From Vulcanimicrobiota bacterium (GTDB taxonomy: Bacteria > Vulcanimicrobiota > Vulcanimicrobiia > Vulcanimicrobiales > Vulcanimicrobiaceae), in assembly GCA_003158175.1 (NCBI GenBank), contig PMHJ01000024.1:15316-79315 (forward strand): DNA of 64,000 nucleotides. The letters run 5' to 3'. Of this stretch, positions 26,434 through 36,500 are shown one piece after another. Position numbers and translations under genes: made by a program. A model generated the notes under the pieces. That model was given only the letters and a program-made list of their open reading frames with translations. It made no database searches and was not told the origin of the DNA. How positions within the stretch are numbered: position 1 is the stretch's first letter; each line of letters opens with the position of its first letter.

Positions 26434-26748
26434 CTAGGGCAGCGTGATTTTGGTTATTTTGACTTCCGCGAAGGGTTGGCGGTGGCCGTTGAGTTTACGG
26501 ACGCGCTTCTTCGGCTTGTAGCGGAAGACCAAGATTTTCTTGTCCTTGGCTTGGCGCAGCACGGTTCCGGTGACCGAGGCGCCGGTCAGCGTCGGATTGC
26601 CGATGGCGACATTATCGTCGCTTGCCGCGAGTACGACACGATCGAAGGTAACGTCGGAGCCGACCTCGCTGGAGACCAAATCGCAGCGGATGACGTCGCC
26701 CTCGGCGACTCGGTATTGCTTGCCGTCGGCCTCAATGATCGCGTACAT
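26434..26748 (-). CDS. rplU: 50S ribosomal protein L21
   Basis: MYAIIEADGKQYRVAEGDVI...KILVFRYKPKKRVRKLNGHRQPFAEVKI. ATG 26748. Confidence 0.95.
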   Translation of the reverse strand: MYAIIEADGKQYRVAEGDVIRCDLVSSEVGSDVTFDRVVLAASDDNVAIGNPTLTGASVTGTVLRQAKDKKILVFRYKPKKRVRKLNGHRQPFAEVKITKITLP

Positions 26749-26876
26749 AACCTCGGTACGATACCAGCCGCGAGCCCCTGCCGTCAACGAAGATGCGTGC
26801 TCCGGCGCCTTGACGAGGCGTTCTGCGCGTGGTAAGCATAGAGTAGTCTAGAAAACAGATTACTCTGGAGGCCAAT

Positions 26877-27062
26877 ATGTATTCGGTGATTCGGCAGCGT
26901 AGGCACTGCGCCGGCAAGCTGTTCTTAGTCTGGGGAGCCTTTGGCTTGGGGATGGCGGCCGTTTGGGGCGTTGCCCACGGCAATCCCGTCGCGGAGGCGG
27001 CCACTTGGGAGCTCGGTCTCGTCGCGGCCGCCGGCCTGCTCCTTGGGATGGGGGAGCTATGA
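26877..27062 (+). CDS. Small two-TM membrane protein
   Basis: GGAGG SD 5 nt before ATG 26877. Hydrophobic 61-aa product. ATGA overlap with the next gene. Confidence 0.5.
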   Translation: MYSVIRQRRHCAGKLFLVWGAFGLGMAAVWGVAHGNPVAEAATWELGLVAAAGLLLGMGEL

Positions 27063-27643
27063 GTACGGAACCCCTCGACGCCGCCGCGGCCCAAGATCAC
27101 CTCGAAATGGTCAAACGTATCCTGGCGGAGTCGCAGCAGCGGCTCTGCTCGGGCGGCGAGCATTTCGTGGTTTGGGGCATTGGGTCGGCCTATATCACGG
27201 TGCTCTTTCAACTAGTGCACGGCGGATTGCTTCGGTCCGCGGCGGCGTGGTCGGTTCCGACCGTCATCGCCGCATGCGCGGCCTTTTCGATCGTTCGCGG
27301 GAGGCAAACGCGCCGCGTGCTGCAGCGCAGTTCGTTGTTGCAGCGCGAGTTTTTCAACGTGCTCTGGTTGACGCTCGGCTTGTCCTTCGTCGTCGACGTT
27401 GCCGTTTTCAATATCTTCCACGGTTTGGCGTCCGCGGCGATCTGGAGCGTGGCGGAGGCGATCGTACTGCTTTATATCGGCATGCATGGCAACCGCCGCG
27501 CGCAGATCGCCGGCGTGCTCGTCATCGTTTCGTTGGTCGTGGCGAATTTCGCGTCGCCGGGGATTGCGGGATATATCTTGGGCGCCGGCATGCTCGTCGG
27601 GTATGCCGGTTTCGGCGCGAGCGAGCTGCTCGCGCGCGAGTAG
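27059..27643 (+). CDS. Integral membrane protein (about 5 TM, hypothetical)
   Basis: MSTEPLDAAAAQDHLEMVKRIL... followed by several TM helices. Coupled to flanking genes. Confidence 0.6.
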   Translation: MSTEPLDAAAAQDHLEMVKRILAESQQRLCSGGEHFVVWGIGSAYITVLFQLVHGGLLRSAAAWSVPTVIAACAAFSIVRGRQTRRVLQRSSLLQREFFNVLWLTLGLSFVVDVAVFNIFHGLASAAIWSVAEAIVLLYIGMHGNRRAQIAGVLVIVSLVVANFASPGIAGYILGAGMLVGYAGFGASELLARE

Positions 27644-27652
27644 CCGGATTCA

Positions 27653-27931
27653 ATGGACGAACTGTTGCTCTCGAAAGTGCGTCTCGGCGTCGTTGCCGAG
27701 CTTCTGAGCTTCGACTGGGTCGCGTTCTCGGAGCTGGCGCGCTCGCTCGACGTCAGCAACGGTAACCTCGGCGCGCACCTGAGTAAGCTCGTCGACGCCG
27801 GCTACGTCGAGGAGGAGAAGAGTTTTGCCAATCGCCGCCCGCTCAGCCGGTACCGGCTGACAAAAGGTGGCCGCGAAGCGTTCGCTGGTCATGTGGCGGA
27901 GCTGCAATCGCTCTTGAAGGCTACGCCATGA
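27653..27931 (+). CDS. Winged-helix transcriptional regulator (ArsR/HTH_34-like)
   Basis: RLGVVAELLSFDWVAFSELARSLDVSNGNLGAHLSKLVDAGYVEEEK. 92 aa. Overlaps the ABC ATPase start. Confidence 0.75.
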   Translation: MDELLLSKVRLGVVAELLSFDWVAFSELARSLDVSNGNLGAHLSKLVDAGYVEEEKSFANRRPLSRYRLTKGGREAFAGHVAELQSLLKATP

Positions 27932-28749
27932 TCCTGGCGTTTGAAGAGGTCGTCAAATCGTATGGCGAGGTTCGTGCGCTCGACGGGCTTTCGTTCGGCG
28001 TCGATCGCAACGAGATCGTGGCGCTGCTCGGTCCCAACGGCGCGGGAAAGACCACGGCGCTCGAGATAGCGCTGGGCCTGCGCGGTTGCGATTTCGGGAG
28101 CGTACGCCTCTTCGGGGCATCGCCGCGCAGCATCGCGGTGCGTCGTCGGCTCGGCGTGACGCCGCAGGAGAGCGGTTTTCCCGATATGCTCACCGTCGCT
28201 GAGATCGTCGAATTCGTGGCGCGACATTATCCTGCGCCCGCGCCGCTTGCGCAGACGCTGAGCGCCTTTGGATTGGAAGCGATGAAAAAGCGCCGCGCCG
28301 GAACGCTCTCCGGCGGCGAGTCGCGACGGCTGGCGCTTGCCCTGGCCTTCATCGCGAATCCGGAGTTCTTCGTTCTCGACGAGCCGACGACAGGCTTGGA
28401 CGTGCTGTCGAGGCGGCGCTTGTGGGAAATCGTGCGCGAAGCGTCCGGCAACCGTTCCATTCTCTTCACCACGCACTATCTCGAGGAAGCGCAGGCGCAC
28501 GCGACGCGCATCCTCGTCGTCGATCGCGGGCGGATGCTTTTCGACGGCGACGCGCAGACGTTGCGCGGCCGCGTGGGTGCTCGGCGCGTGACGTATGTTG
28601 GGCCGGACGGTCCCGTCGTCGCAATGCCCGGCGACACCGACGCCTACGTTCGCGCGCTTGTCAACTCGGGCGCCCCATTTTCCAACTTGGAGATCTCGAA
28701 GCCCTCGCTCGAAGAAGCATTTCTCTTACTCACGAAAGGCCTGGCATGA
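27928..28749 (+). CDS. ABC transporter ATP-binding protein
   Basis: Walker A GPNGAGKTT, signature LSGGESRR, Walker B FFVLDEPT. Confidence 0.9.
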   Translation: MILAFEEVVKSYGEVRALDGLSFGVDRNEIVALLGPNGAGKTTALEIALGLRGCDFGSVRLFGASPRSIAVRRRLGVTPQESGFPDMLTVAEIVEFVARHYPAPAPLAQTLSAFGLEAMKKRRAGTLSGGESRRLALALAFIANPEFFVLDEPTTGLDVLSRRRLWEIVREASGNRSILFTTHYLEEAQAHATRILVVDRGRMLFDGDAQTLRGRVGARRVTYVGPDGPVVAMPGDTDAYVRALVNSGAPFSNLEISKPSLEEAFLLLTKGLA

Positions 28750-29489
28750 ACGCACTTTCGCTGGTGCGCGCCCACACGAAAGTCCAGTTTCTCGACCTTA
28801 TCCGTTGGCCCGGTTACGTCGTTCCGACGCTAGCCTTCCCGGCAATGTTCTATTCGATTTTCGATCTGCCGGTCGCAAGAATGCATCCGCAAGATGCCGA
28901 TCTCTTGGCCCTCGCCTTCATCGCTTGGGCGGTCATCGGCGTCACGCTCTACCAGTTCGGCGTCGGCATCGCGCAAGAACGCGGCCGCCCGTGGGAGCGC
29001 TACGTGCGTACGCTGCCGGCTTCGGTGTTCGTGCGCTTCAGCGGGCGCATTGCGACGGCGCTGCTCTTCGGAGTGATGACCGCGGCGATCGTCGCGCTGG
29101 TTGCGCGCGTCTTTACGCCGATCGATCTTACGCTCGTGCAATGGCTGCGGGTGCTGGTTTATGCGATCGCCGGAGGCATTCCGTTCGTGCTGATCGGCAT
29201 AACGATCGGCTATTGGGTCTCTGCGCGCGCCTCCGTCCCGACGGCGACGGCCGTCAATCTCTTACTGGCCTACGCGGGCGGCTTATGGATGCCCCCGCAG
29301 TATCTTCCGCACTTTGTCGCGACGATCTCACCCTATCTCCCCACGCGGCAGTTCGGCGACCTCTTGTGGAGCGTCGTAGGTGAGGGCAACGCGTCGCGCG
29401 CGGTAATGGGCCTAGCCTTGTATACGCTGATTTTCGGAGTCGCCGCGGCGATCGGTTACCGCCGCGACGAACGCAAGCGGTACGCGTGA
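28746..29489 (+). CDS. ABC-2 type transporter permease
   Basis: ATGA overlap with the ATPase. Six-TM-like 247-aa product MNALSLVRAHTKVQFLDLIRWP... Confidence 0.8.
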   Translation: MNALSLVRAHTKVQFLDLIRWPGYVVPTLAFPAMFYSIFDLPVARMHPQDADLLALAFIAWAVIGVTLYQFGVGIAQERGRPWERYVRTLPASVFVRFSGRIATALLFGVMTAAIVALVARVFTPIDLTLVQWLRVLVYAIAGGIPFVLIGITIGYWVSARASVPTATAVNLLLAYAGGLWMPPQYLPHFVATISPYLPTRQFGDLLWSVVGEGNASRAVMGLALYTLIFGVAAAIGYRRDERKRYA

Positions 29490-29493
29490 CCCA

Positions 29494-29610
29494 GTGTCAT
29501 GCTCTCCCAATGTCATCCTGAGCCTGTCGAAGCATGATGGTGCCTCTCGGTCATCCTTCGACAGGCTCAGGATGACACCGGGAGAGGCTCAGGATGACAC
29601 CGGGAGAGAG
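29494..29610. repeat. Two convergent copies of the GTCATCCTGA repeat family forming a perfect 21-bp inverted repeat
   Basis: GTCATCCTGAGCCTGTCGAAG at 29511-29531 and its exact reverse complement at 29555-29575. Two tandem GCTCAGGATGACACCGGGAGAG units follow at 29564-29607. Confidence 0.9.
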
Positions 29611-31606
29611 AGTGTGCTGCTCTCAGGCCTTCGTCGAATGCGCGGACCGCATTGAGTTCCGCAGCGTCTTTGGCACCCCCCACGACTCTATAAGGAACCC
29701 CGAGCGCCGCAATCGGTGCTAGGAGCGCGTCGTTACGCTCTTGGCCGGCGGCGATCACGACCGTGTCCGCTTCGATCAAGCGCGCCGTGCCGCCGGCATC
29801 GCGAATTCGAATGCCGCCCGGTACGATGGCTTCGTAGCTGACGTTGGGAAGCGTCGCAACACCGGCCGCACGCAATGCGGCGATCACGGTCCAGCGCGTC
29901 GTCTTGCCGATGCCCTTGCCGATCGTCGCACCGCGGCGCAGGAGCGCGACCTGTTTTCTTCCAGTCACGAGTAAAGCACCGTTGCCCGGTGCAGCCAGAC
30001 CCTGCTCGTAAAGAAAGCGCGTCGTTTCGTCGACGTTCGCTTCGCCGAAGCTCAAGTAGTGTGCGACGTCGACGCCGATTCCGCCGGCACCGACGATCGC
30101 GACGCGTTCGCCGACCTCCGGATTGCCGAGGAGCAACTCGGCGTAGGTGAGCACGTGGGGAAGGTCGCTTCCGCTCAAGGGTGGCCGCCGCGGCAGCACG
30201 CCCGTCGCGAGCACGATCGCGTCGAAACCACGCAACGTCGCCGCGTCGGAGCAGCGGCTGCGTAACCGCACGACGACGCCGAGTCGAGCCAGCTCGTTGG
30301 TAAAATAGCGGATCGTTTCGTGAAAGTCGCGTTTGCCCGGAATGCGGCACGCCATGCGGAACTGGCCGCCGAGCTCGTCCTCTGCTTCGAAGAGCTCGAC
30401 TGCGTGTCCGAGCGCGGCTAAGGCACGCGCGCTCTCCATTCCCGCGGGTCCTCCGCCGACGACGGCAAAGCGGCGACGCAACGCTTTGGGCGGCGGCTCC
30501 TCGGGAAACTCTAGCTCGCGCGCCGCGCGCGGGTTGACCATGCACGAGACCGGCGCGTCCACTAACGACCGGTCAATACAAGCCTGATTGCACGCGATGC
30601 AGGTGTTGACAAGTGCCGCTTCGTTGCGCGCCGCCTTGGCGACGATGTTTGCGTCGGAGAGAAAGGGACGCGCCATCGAAATGAAATCAACGCTTCCGGC
30701 TGCGAGGGCGAACTCGGCGGCCTCCAGCGAGTTGATGCGATTGCTTGCGATGACCGGCAGCTCGCCGACGGCGCCTTTGACCGCGCCGGCAAACGGAATC
30801 CAAACGCCGCTGGGAACGACTTGCTGAACCGTCGGAATCGACGATTCATGCCAGCCGATGCCGACATTGAGCGCGTCGACGCCGTCGCCGGCCAGCGCCG
30901 CTGCAAACGACAGCGTCTCATCCGCGGTCGTCGAGTCTTTCATCAGGTCGGCGCCGGAGATGCGGAAGATCACGGGAAACTCGGTGCCGGCAAGCGCGCG
31001 GATCTCGTGCAGCACCGCACGTGGGAGACGCATGCGCCGTTCGAGATCGCCGCCCCAGGCATCGTCACGGCGGTTCGTCAGCGGTGAAAGAAACTGATTG
31101 AGGAGATAACCCTCCGACGCCATCACCTCCACCGCGTCGAATCCCAGATCCCTGGCTGCAAGGGCGCCTCGCGCAAAGTCGCCGATGGTTTCGAGAATCT
31201 CGCCTTCACTCAGCGCGCGCGGCGGATCCGGTGAAAAGCGCGACGGAATTGCGGACGGCGCGACCGGCGCAATTCCGAACGATGCAAAATACGCGTACCG
31301 CCCTGCGTGGAAGAGCTGCAGTGCAATCCGGCCGCCGGCGGCGTGCACGGCCTCGACGGCGCCCCGCAGCGGCGCGCTCGATTCCGGTTCGTTGATGAAG
31401 CTGTAGTTGCGGCCGCCGGCGCCCGCTCGATTGACGCACGAGCCTCCCGTGACGATCAACCCCGCGCCGCCGCGAGCGCGCTGGCTATAGAATGCGGCCA
31501 GCGCGGCGCCGTCGGATTCGATTCCTAGATGCATCGAGCCCATGACGATGCGATTGGCAAGGCGCAGCGTGCCGATGACTCCGGCTTGCAGCGTGCGTTC
31601 GAACAA
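29567..31606 (-). CDS. NADPH-dependent 2,4-dienoyl-CoA reductase (OYE-like FMN domain + FAD/NAD(P) domain), AnsM/PlmM-like
   Basis: LFERTLQAGVIGTLRLANRIVMGSMH aligns with the E. coli FadH N-terminus. 4Fe-4S Cys motif CIACNQACID. C-terminal dinucleotide folds VVGGGPAGME and IVGAGGIGVD. TTG 31606 lies 5 nt after the upstream stop. Confidence 0.85.
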   Translation of the reverse strand: MFERTLQAGVIGTLRLANRIVMGSMHLGIESDGAALAAFYSQRARGGAGLIVTGGSCVNRAGAGGRNYSFINEPESSAPLRGAVEAVHAAGGRIALQLFHAGRYAYFASFGIAPVAPSAIPSRFSPDPPRALSEGEILETIGDFARGALAARDLGFDAVEVMASEGYLLNQFLSPLTNRRDDAWGGDLERRMRLPRAVLHEIRALAGTEFPVIFRISGADLMKDSTTADETLSFAAALAGDGVDALNVGIGWHESSIPTVQQVVPSGVWIPFAGAVKGAVGELPVIASNRINSLEAAEFALAAGSVDFISMARPFLSDANIVAKAARNEAALVNTCIACNQACIDRSLVDAPVSCMVNPRAARELEFPEEPPPKALRRRFAVVGGGPAGMESARALAALGHAVELFEAEDELGGQFRMACRIPGKRDFHETIRYFTNELARLGVVVRLRSRCSDAATLRGFDAIVLATGVLPRRPPLSGSDLPHVLTYAELLLGNPEVGERVAIVGAGGIGVDVAHYLSFGEANVDETTRFLYEQGLAAPGNGALLVTGRKQVALLRRGATIGKGIGKTTRWTVIAALRAAGVATLPNVSYEAIVPGGIRIRDAGGTARLIEADTVVIAAGQERNDALLAPIAALGVPYRVVGGAKDAAELNAVRAFDEGLRAAHSLSRCHPEPLPVSS

Positions 31607-31611
31607 CGGAG

Positions 31612-32415
31612 TTACAGCGAGAGCGGCGGCGTGGTGTCGGAGTAGAACGGCGGCGCGATGACGCTCAAACCGCCGTCGACGCAAATCGTCTGACCCGTGA
31701 TGTACTCGGATTCCGGCGAGAGCAGGAAGGCGATCGTGTCGGCGACTTCTTGGACGGTCCCCATGCGCGCTTTCGGAAGCTTCGAGAGAACGCTTTCGAT
31801 CGGCGCCATTCCAGGGACGTTTTTATAGAAATAGGCGCACGATTCGGTGTCGATCAGCCCACCATTGATGGCGTTGACGTTGATCCCGCGAGGCGCGAAC
31901 TCGACGGCCATATAGCGTACCCACGCTTCGAGCGCCGCTTTGTTCGAACCGAGGTTCGCGTAGGTCGGATAGGCACGAATGCTGCCGTAGCTCGAGAGCA
32001 CCGCGATGCGACCACCCTGCGTCATCAGCTTCACCGCGCGTTGCGCTCCGAGAACGAAGGCGCGTACGTTGAGCGCGAAGGAGCGGTCGAGATTGTGCGC
32101 CTTTAAGTCCGCAACTTTCTTGAACGCGCTGGCCGCGGCATTGGAGACGAAGTGGTCGAGGCGGCCAAACTCGCCTTCGACCCGGTCGAAGAGCCGGTCG
32201 ATCGCTTCGGGCTCTTCCATATTCGCCTGAACGGAGATCGCTCGCGTGCCTAGCGATTCAATCTCACGCACGGTTTGCGCGGCAAGATTGGCGTTACGAT
32301 TGTAGTTGACGACGATCGACGCGCCCTCGCGCGCCAGCGTCAACGCCAAAGCGCGCCCGATCCCGCGAGAGCTGCCGGTGACGAGCGCGATCTTATCCTC
32401 GAAGCGCCGCCTCAC
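31612..32415 (-). CDS. SDR-family enoyl reductase, FabL / ChcA (1-cyclohexenylcarbonyl-CoA reductase)-like
   Basis: [10 protein letters not shown] cofactor motif. [33 protein letters not shown] shows Tyr-x6-Lys spacing, typical of FabI/FabL enoyl reductases rather than YxxxK. GTGA overlap with the upstream gene. Confidence 0.8.
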   Translation of the reverse strand: MRRRFEDKIALVTGSSRGIGRALALTLAREGASIVVNYNRNANLAAQTVREIESLGTRAISVQANMEEPEAIDRLFDRVEGEFGRLDHFVSNAAASAFKKVADLKAHNLDRSFALNVRAFVLGAQRAVKLMTQGGRIAVLSSYGSIRAYPTYANLGSNKAALEAWVRYMAVEFAPRGINVNAINGGLIDTESCAYFYKNVPGMAPIESVLSKLPKARMGTVQEVADTIAFLLSPESEYITGQTICVDGGLSVIAPPFYSDTTPPLSL

Positions 32416-33584
32416 GCGCCGGTTCCCCCGCCGAGGAGCGCGCGAGCGATGACGGTCTTTTGAATCTCGTTGGTACCCTCTTCAAAACGTTGAGCGCGTG
32501 CGTCGCGATAGACGCGCTCGATGGCGTTGGGCTGCCAATATCCCGTGCCGCCGTGAATTTGAAGAGCTTTGTCGGTAACGCGAGTAAGCATCTCGACGGC
32601 CTGCAGCTTCGACATTGACGAGAGCATCGCGGCACGGGAACTGCCGGCTTCCCATTGCGTCGCGGCATGAAGTACTAACTGGCGCGCCGCCTCGATGTCG
32701 GTTGCATTCTCTGCGATCATGAAGCGAATTGCTTGGCGCTGCACGAGCCGCTTGCCGAACGTCTCGCGGTTGCCGGCGTATTCGATCGCCAGCTCTTGTG
32801 CTCGCCGCGCGAGGCCGACGCACGTCATTGCAACCGAGATTCGGCTGGGCGTCAAAAATCCGCCGAGCGCGATCTCGAGTCCTTGCCCTTCCTCGCCGAG
32901 TCGATTCTCTACCGGGACCGGCGTGCGGTCGAAGGTAAGGCGTCCGTGATCGGTTCCCCGCACACCCATCGACTCGTCCATCTGCATCACGGTGGCTCCC
33001 GGAGCGTGACGATCGACGAGCAGCGCGACCGTCCCGTCGCCACCGCGTGTCCCGGCGAGCCTCGCGAAGAGCAGCCAGTAATCGCAGATCGTTCCAAACG
33101 TGATGAGGTGCTTCTCGCCGCTCAAGTAATAGGTGTCGCCTTCGCGAACGACACTGCAGCGAAGATCGGCTCCGGTTCCCGCCGTCGGCTCCGTCAGCGT
33201 AAACGCAATCCTCAGCTCGCCTTTGATCGACGGAATCACGAATGCGCGGCGCTGCTGCGGCGTAGCAAAGCGGTCCATCGCCCGCCACGTGCCGTTGACG
33301 ACGTGCACGATCATCCGTATCGACGCATGCGACATGGAAAAGAGCTCGATCAGGCGGAGGTAGCGGGTGAACGGAATGCCGCGACCGCCATACTCGGTTG
33401 GGGCCGCCAGCGAAAGGTAGCCGCGATCGCGCAGCTCGTCCCAGAGCTCGAGTGGAACTCGGCGTTCGTTCTCGATGCGTTGTGCCCACTCTTCGGCGGG
33501 TCCGGCAACGTATGCGGCGATCTCGCTCTCGAGCGCCGCAAAGGCGGCTTCGTCGAAGATCTCGGGCCGGTCGAGCTGCTTCAA
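32412..33584 (-). CDS. Acyl-CoA dehydrogenase
   Basis: ACAD three-domain layout. C-terminal [17 protein letters not shown] places the catalytic Glu in context. TTG 33584 overlaps the upstream stop (TTGA). Confidence 0.88.
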   Translation of the reverse strand: MKQLDRPEIFDEAAFAALESEIAAYVAGPAEEWAQRIENERRVPLELWDELRDRGYLSLAAPTEYGGRGIPFTRYLRLIELFSMSHASIRMIVHVVNGTWRAMDRFATPQQRRAFVIPSIKGELRIAFTLTEPTAGTGADLRCSVVREGDTYYLSGEKHLITFGTICDYWLLFARLAGTRGGDGTVALLVDRHAPGATVMQMDESMGVRGTDHGRLTFDRTPVPVENRLGEEGQGLEIALGGFLTPSRISVAMTCVGLARRAQELAIEYAGNRETFGKRLVQRQAIRFMIAENATDIEAARQLVLHAATQWEAGSSRAAMLSSMSKLQAVEMLTRVTDKALQIHGGTGYWQPNAIERVYRDARAQRFEEGTNEIQKTVIARALLGGGTGA

Positions 33585-36500
33585 GAGACGCTCGCCTTGC
33601 CGCGTTCGTGCGGTCGCAACTCTCTCGCTCGCTCGCGGAGCAGAAATTTCTGAACCTTCCCCGACGGCGTACGCGGAAGTTCGCCGACGATCTCCAGCCG
33701 CTCCGGCCAATAGTGTTTGGCGGCCTGGCACGCGTAAAGATAGTGCTGCATCCGGTCGAAATCGAGCTGTGCGCCGGCGCGCAGCACGACGAAGGCGCAG
33801 GCACGTTCGCCTAAGCGCGGATCGGGCATTGCGACGATCGCGATTTCGGCGACTGCCGGGTGATCGCTCAGCAGTTGTTCCATCTCGCCGACCGGAATTT
33901 TTTCACCGCCGCGATTGATGACGTCGCGTACTCGTCCGGTGATGCGAACGTATCCCGATTCGTCAATGACGCCGAGATCGCCGGTGCGAAACCAGCCGTC
34001 GGGCGTGAAGGCTGCCGCAGTCCAGTCGGGGTGATCGGCGTAGCCCACGAACATCGTCGGAGATTGCACTTCGAAGTGCCCTTCTTGCCCGGGCAACATC
34101 GTGCGGCCCTCAGCGTCGGCGATTCGAAGGTGAATTCCACGCAGTGCGCGCCCATCCGTTCCCCAAACCTTCGCCGGTTCGTCGGTCGGTGCGGAGAGCG
34201 ATCCCAAGCACGACTCGGTGGTCCCCCAAGCCCCGCAAACCGCCGTGCCGAGAATGCGCGTCGCACGTTCGGCCAGCCCGCGCGGCACCGCAGCGCCCGT
34301 TGCAACGAAGATGCGCAAAGCAGCCGGAGCGCGTTCGCCGCCCTCAACGGCCGCAACGAGATCGGCCAAGAACGGTGTGGCGGCCTGCACGAACGTGCCG
34401 TCCCAGTCGTTGAGCGCCCGCAGTGCGCGTGACGCGCTCCAGACCGGCTGCACGATCTGCGGAACTCCCATGAGCAACGCGAGCCACATTCCGTAGAGAA
34501 ATCCGGTTTGATGAGCGAGCGGAGACGGAACGAAGATGCGGTCCTCCGCTCGCAGGCCAAGATGCTCGATCTCCATTGCCGCGGCGCGCATCAGCACGTC
34601 ATTACGATGCAGTACGCCTTTGGGCTCGCCCGAGGTTCCGGAGGTGAAGAGCAGCTGCGCGATCGCTTCGGCATCGCTCGGCTGCGCGTCGAGCACCTTC
34701 CGATCGACCTCGATCGTGCGCAACGCGTCTTGGTAGCGCAGCCAGCGTACGGTGTCGTCGTAACCGGGCGTCGGAAGAGCGTAGGTGTTGCGCGCGCCCG
34801 CGCACACGACGACGTGCTCCAGCTTCAGCGGAAGATCGCCGCTAAAAACGGAGGCCTCCTGCAGAATGGACGCGATCTCCTCGGCGTGATTGCGGCCGCG
34901 CGCTTCATCGGGAACGAAGAGAACGCGCGCTCGGGAACGCCGCAGGCAAAAGGCGACTTCGCGTTCCCGGAAGATTGGCATCAGGGGGCAGCAGACGGCG
35001 CCGACGCGCAGCGTCGCAAGGGAAATAACGACGAACTCCAGGGTGTTGGGTAGCTGGTACGCGACTCGTTCGCCCGGACGTACGCCCAAACTCAGAAGAA
35101 GCGTGGCGGTGCGTTCGACTCGCTCGAGCAGCTCTTGCCAGGTGAGAGCGACGTCGCTTCCCTCGCGGGTTTCGACAACGGCGAGGCCGAGTGGGGTTTC
35201 GCGTGCGTGGTGCGCGAGCAGCTCGCCCAACGTCATTTGCGCGGCTCGATCGGGTTTTGGCATCGCCGCCGCCCGCGCTGCCGAATGCTGACCGTTGTGC
35301 GGCCCGTCGGAGATCGATAGCGAGACGCCGATGCTTCGCATCGCATCCAGAAAGCGAGGATACGAGATCCGGTACGCATTCGGATAAGTCAACGTACTCT
35401 GTCCCTGCGCGCGGGATGCGGCGACCGCCAACGACATCAATATGCGGTGATCGTTGAAGGACGAAAGATGTGCGCCTTGAAGCTCCGAGACGCCGTGCGC
35501 GACGAGCCGATCGTCGTGCAGCTCCAAGTGGCCGCCCATGCGATTGAGTTGCAGCATTGCGGCGACGCGGTCGGATTCTTTGAGGCGCACGTGTGCGATA
35601 TTTTCCAATACGGTTTCACCTTTTGCGAACGTGCCCAGCGTCGACAAGATGGGCAGCATGTCTGGAATGTCGCGGCAATCGACTCGAACTCCGCGCAGCT
35701 CGATGCCGGCGTGCCGTACGCGAACGGCGTGCGCCTGCGCGTCATACGCCATCGGGAGCCCCATCTCCCGAAGGATCTCCATAAATGCCCCCTCGGGATG
35801 GTCGGGAAGTTCTCCGGGCAGCGCTTGCAGACCGCGAAAGAGCACGTCCGAGGGATGGAGGGCCGTCGCGGCGAGCCCGAACGCGGCCGAGCCGATGTCG
35901 GGCGGCAGCTCGAGCGTCGCCGGACGCGGCCGCTGTCCGGGCTCGACCTCGAAACGCCGCCAATCCGGCGCGATCCTTACGTGCAGATCGAAAGCGCGCA
36001 TCATCTCGGCCGTTAGCGCGATATACGGGCGCTCGTTGAGTTCGCCTTCGACCTCGATGATCGTCGGTTCTTTCGTGAAGGGAGCCAGCAGAAGAAGGCC
36101 GGAAATCCACTGCGATAAGGTGCCGGGGATGACGATTTTCCCGCCGCGCGGCTGACCCGGAAACACGGTAATCGGCGGACAACCGCTGTTCGATTCGAAC
36201 GCAACGCCCATCTGAGAGAGCGCCGCAAGCAGCGGTCCGACGGGACGGCGCTGAAAATATTTTTGGGCGGTTAGCGTGACGGGCGAATCGGCGAGCGATG
36301 CCAACCCGATCATGAAATATAGCGTCGATCCGGAGCTGCCCACCGATACGACCTTGCGCTTGACGTGATAGGGGCCGCCCGCCACGAGCAACGTCTGGCC
36401 TTCCACCTCGATTTTCGTACCGAGCGCGCGCAACACGTCCATCGTGAACTGTACGTGACGAGCATCCGAAAGGCCGAGAATTCGGCTCGTTCCCGGCGCC

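Noticed and set aside
32482-33804. 440-aa minus-strand ORF (and similar long ORFs at 13073..14272, 18165..19325, 18770..20056, 47544..48491, 47926..48873, 29733..30545)
   Set aside because: These are Arg/Ala/Pro/Ser-rich translations in alternative frames or antisense to clearly recognisable genes (ACAD, rbsA-like, APC permease, mrp, hemL, fadH-like). They are typical shadow ORFs of high-GC DNA.
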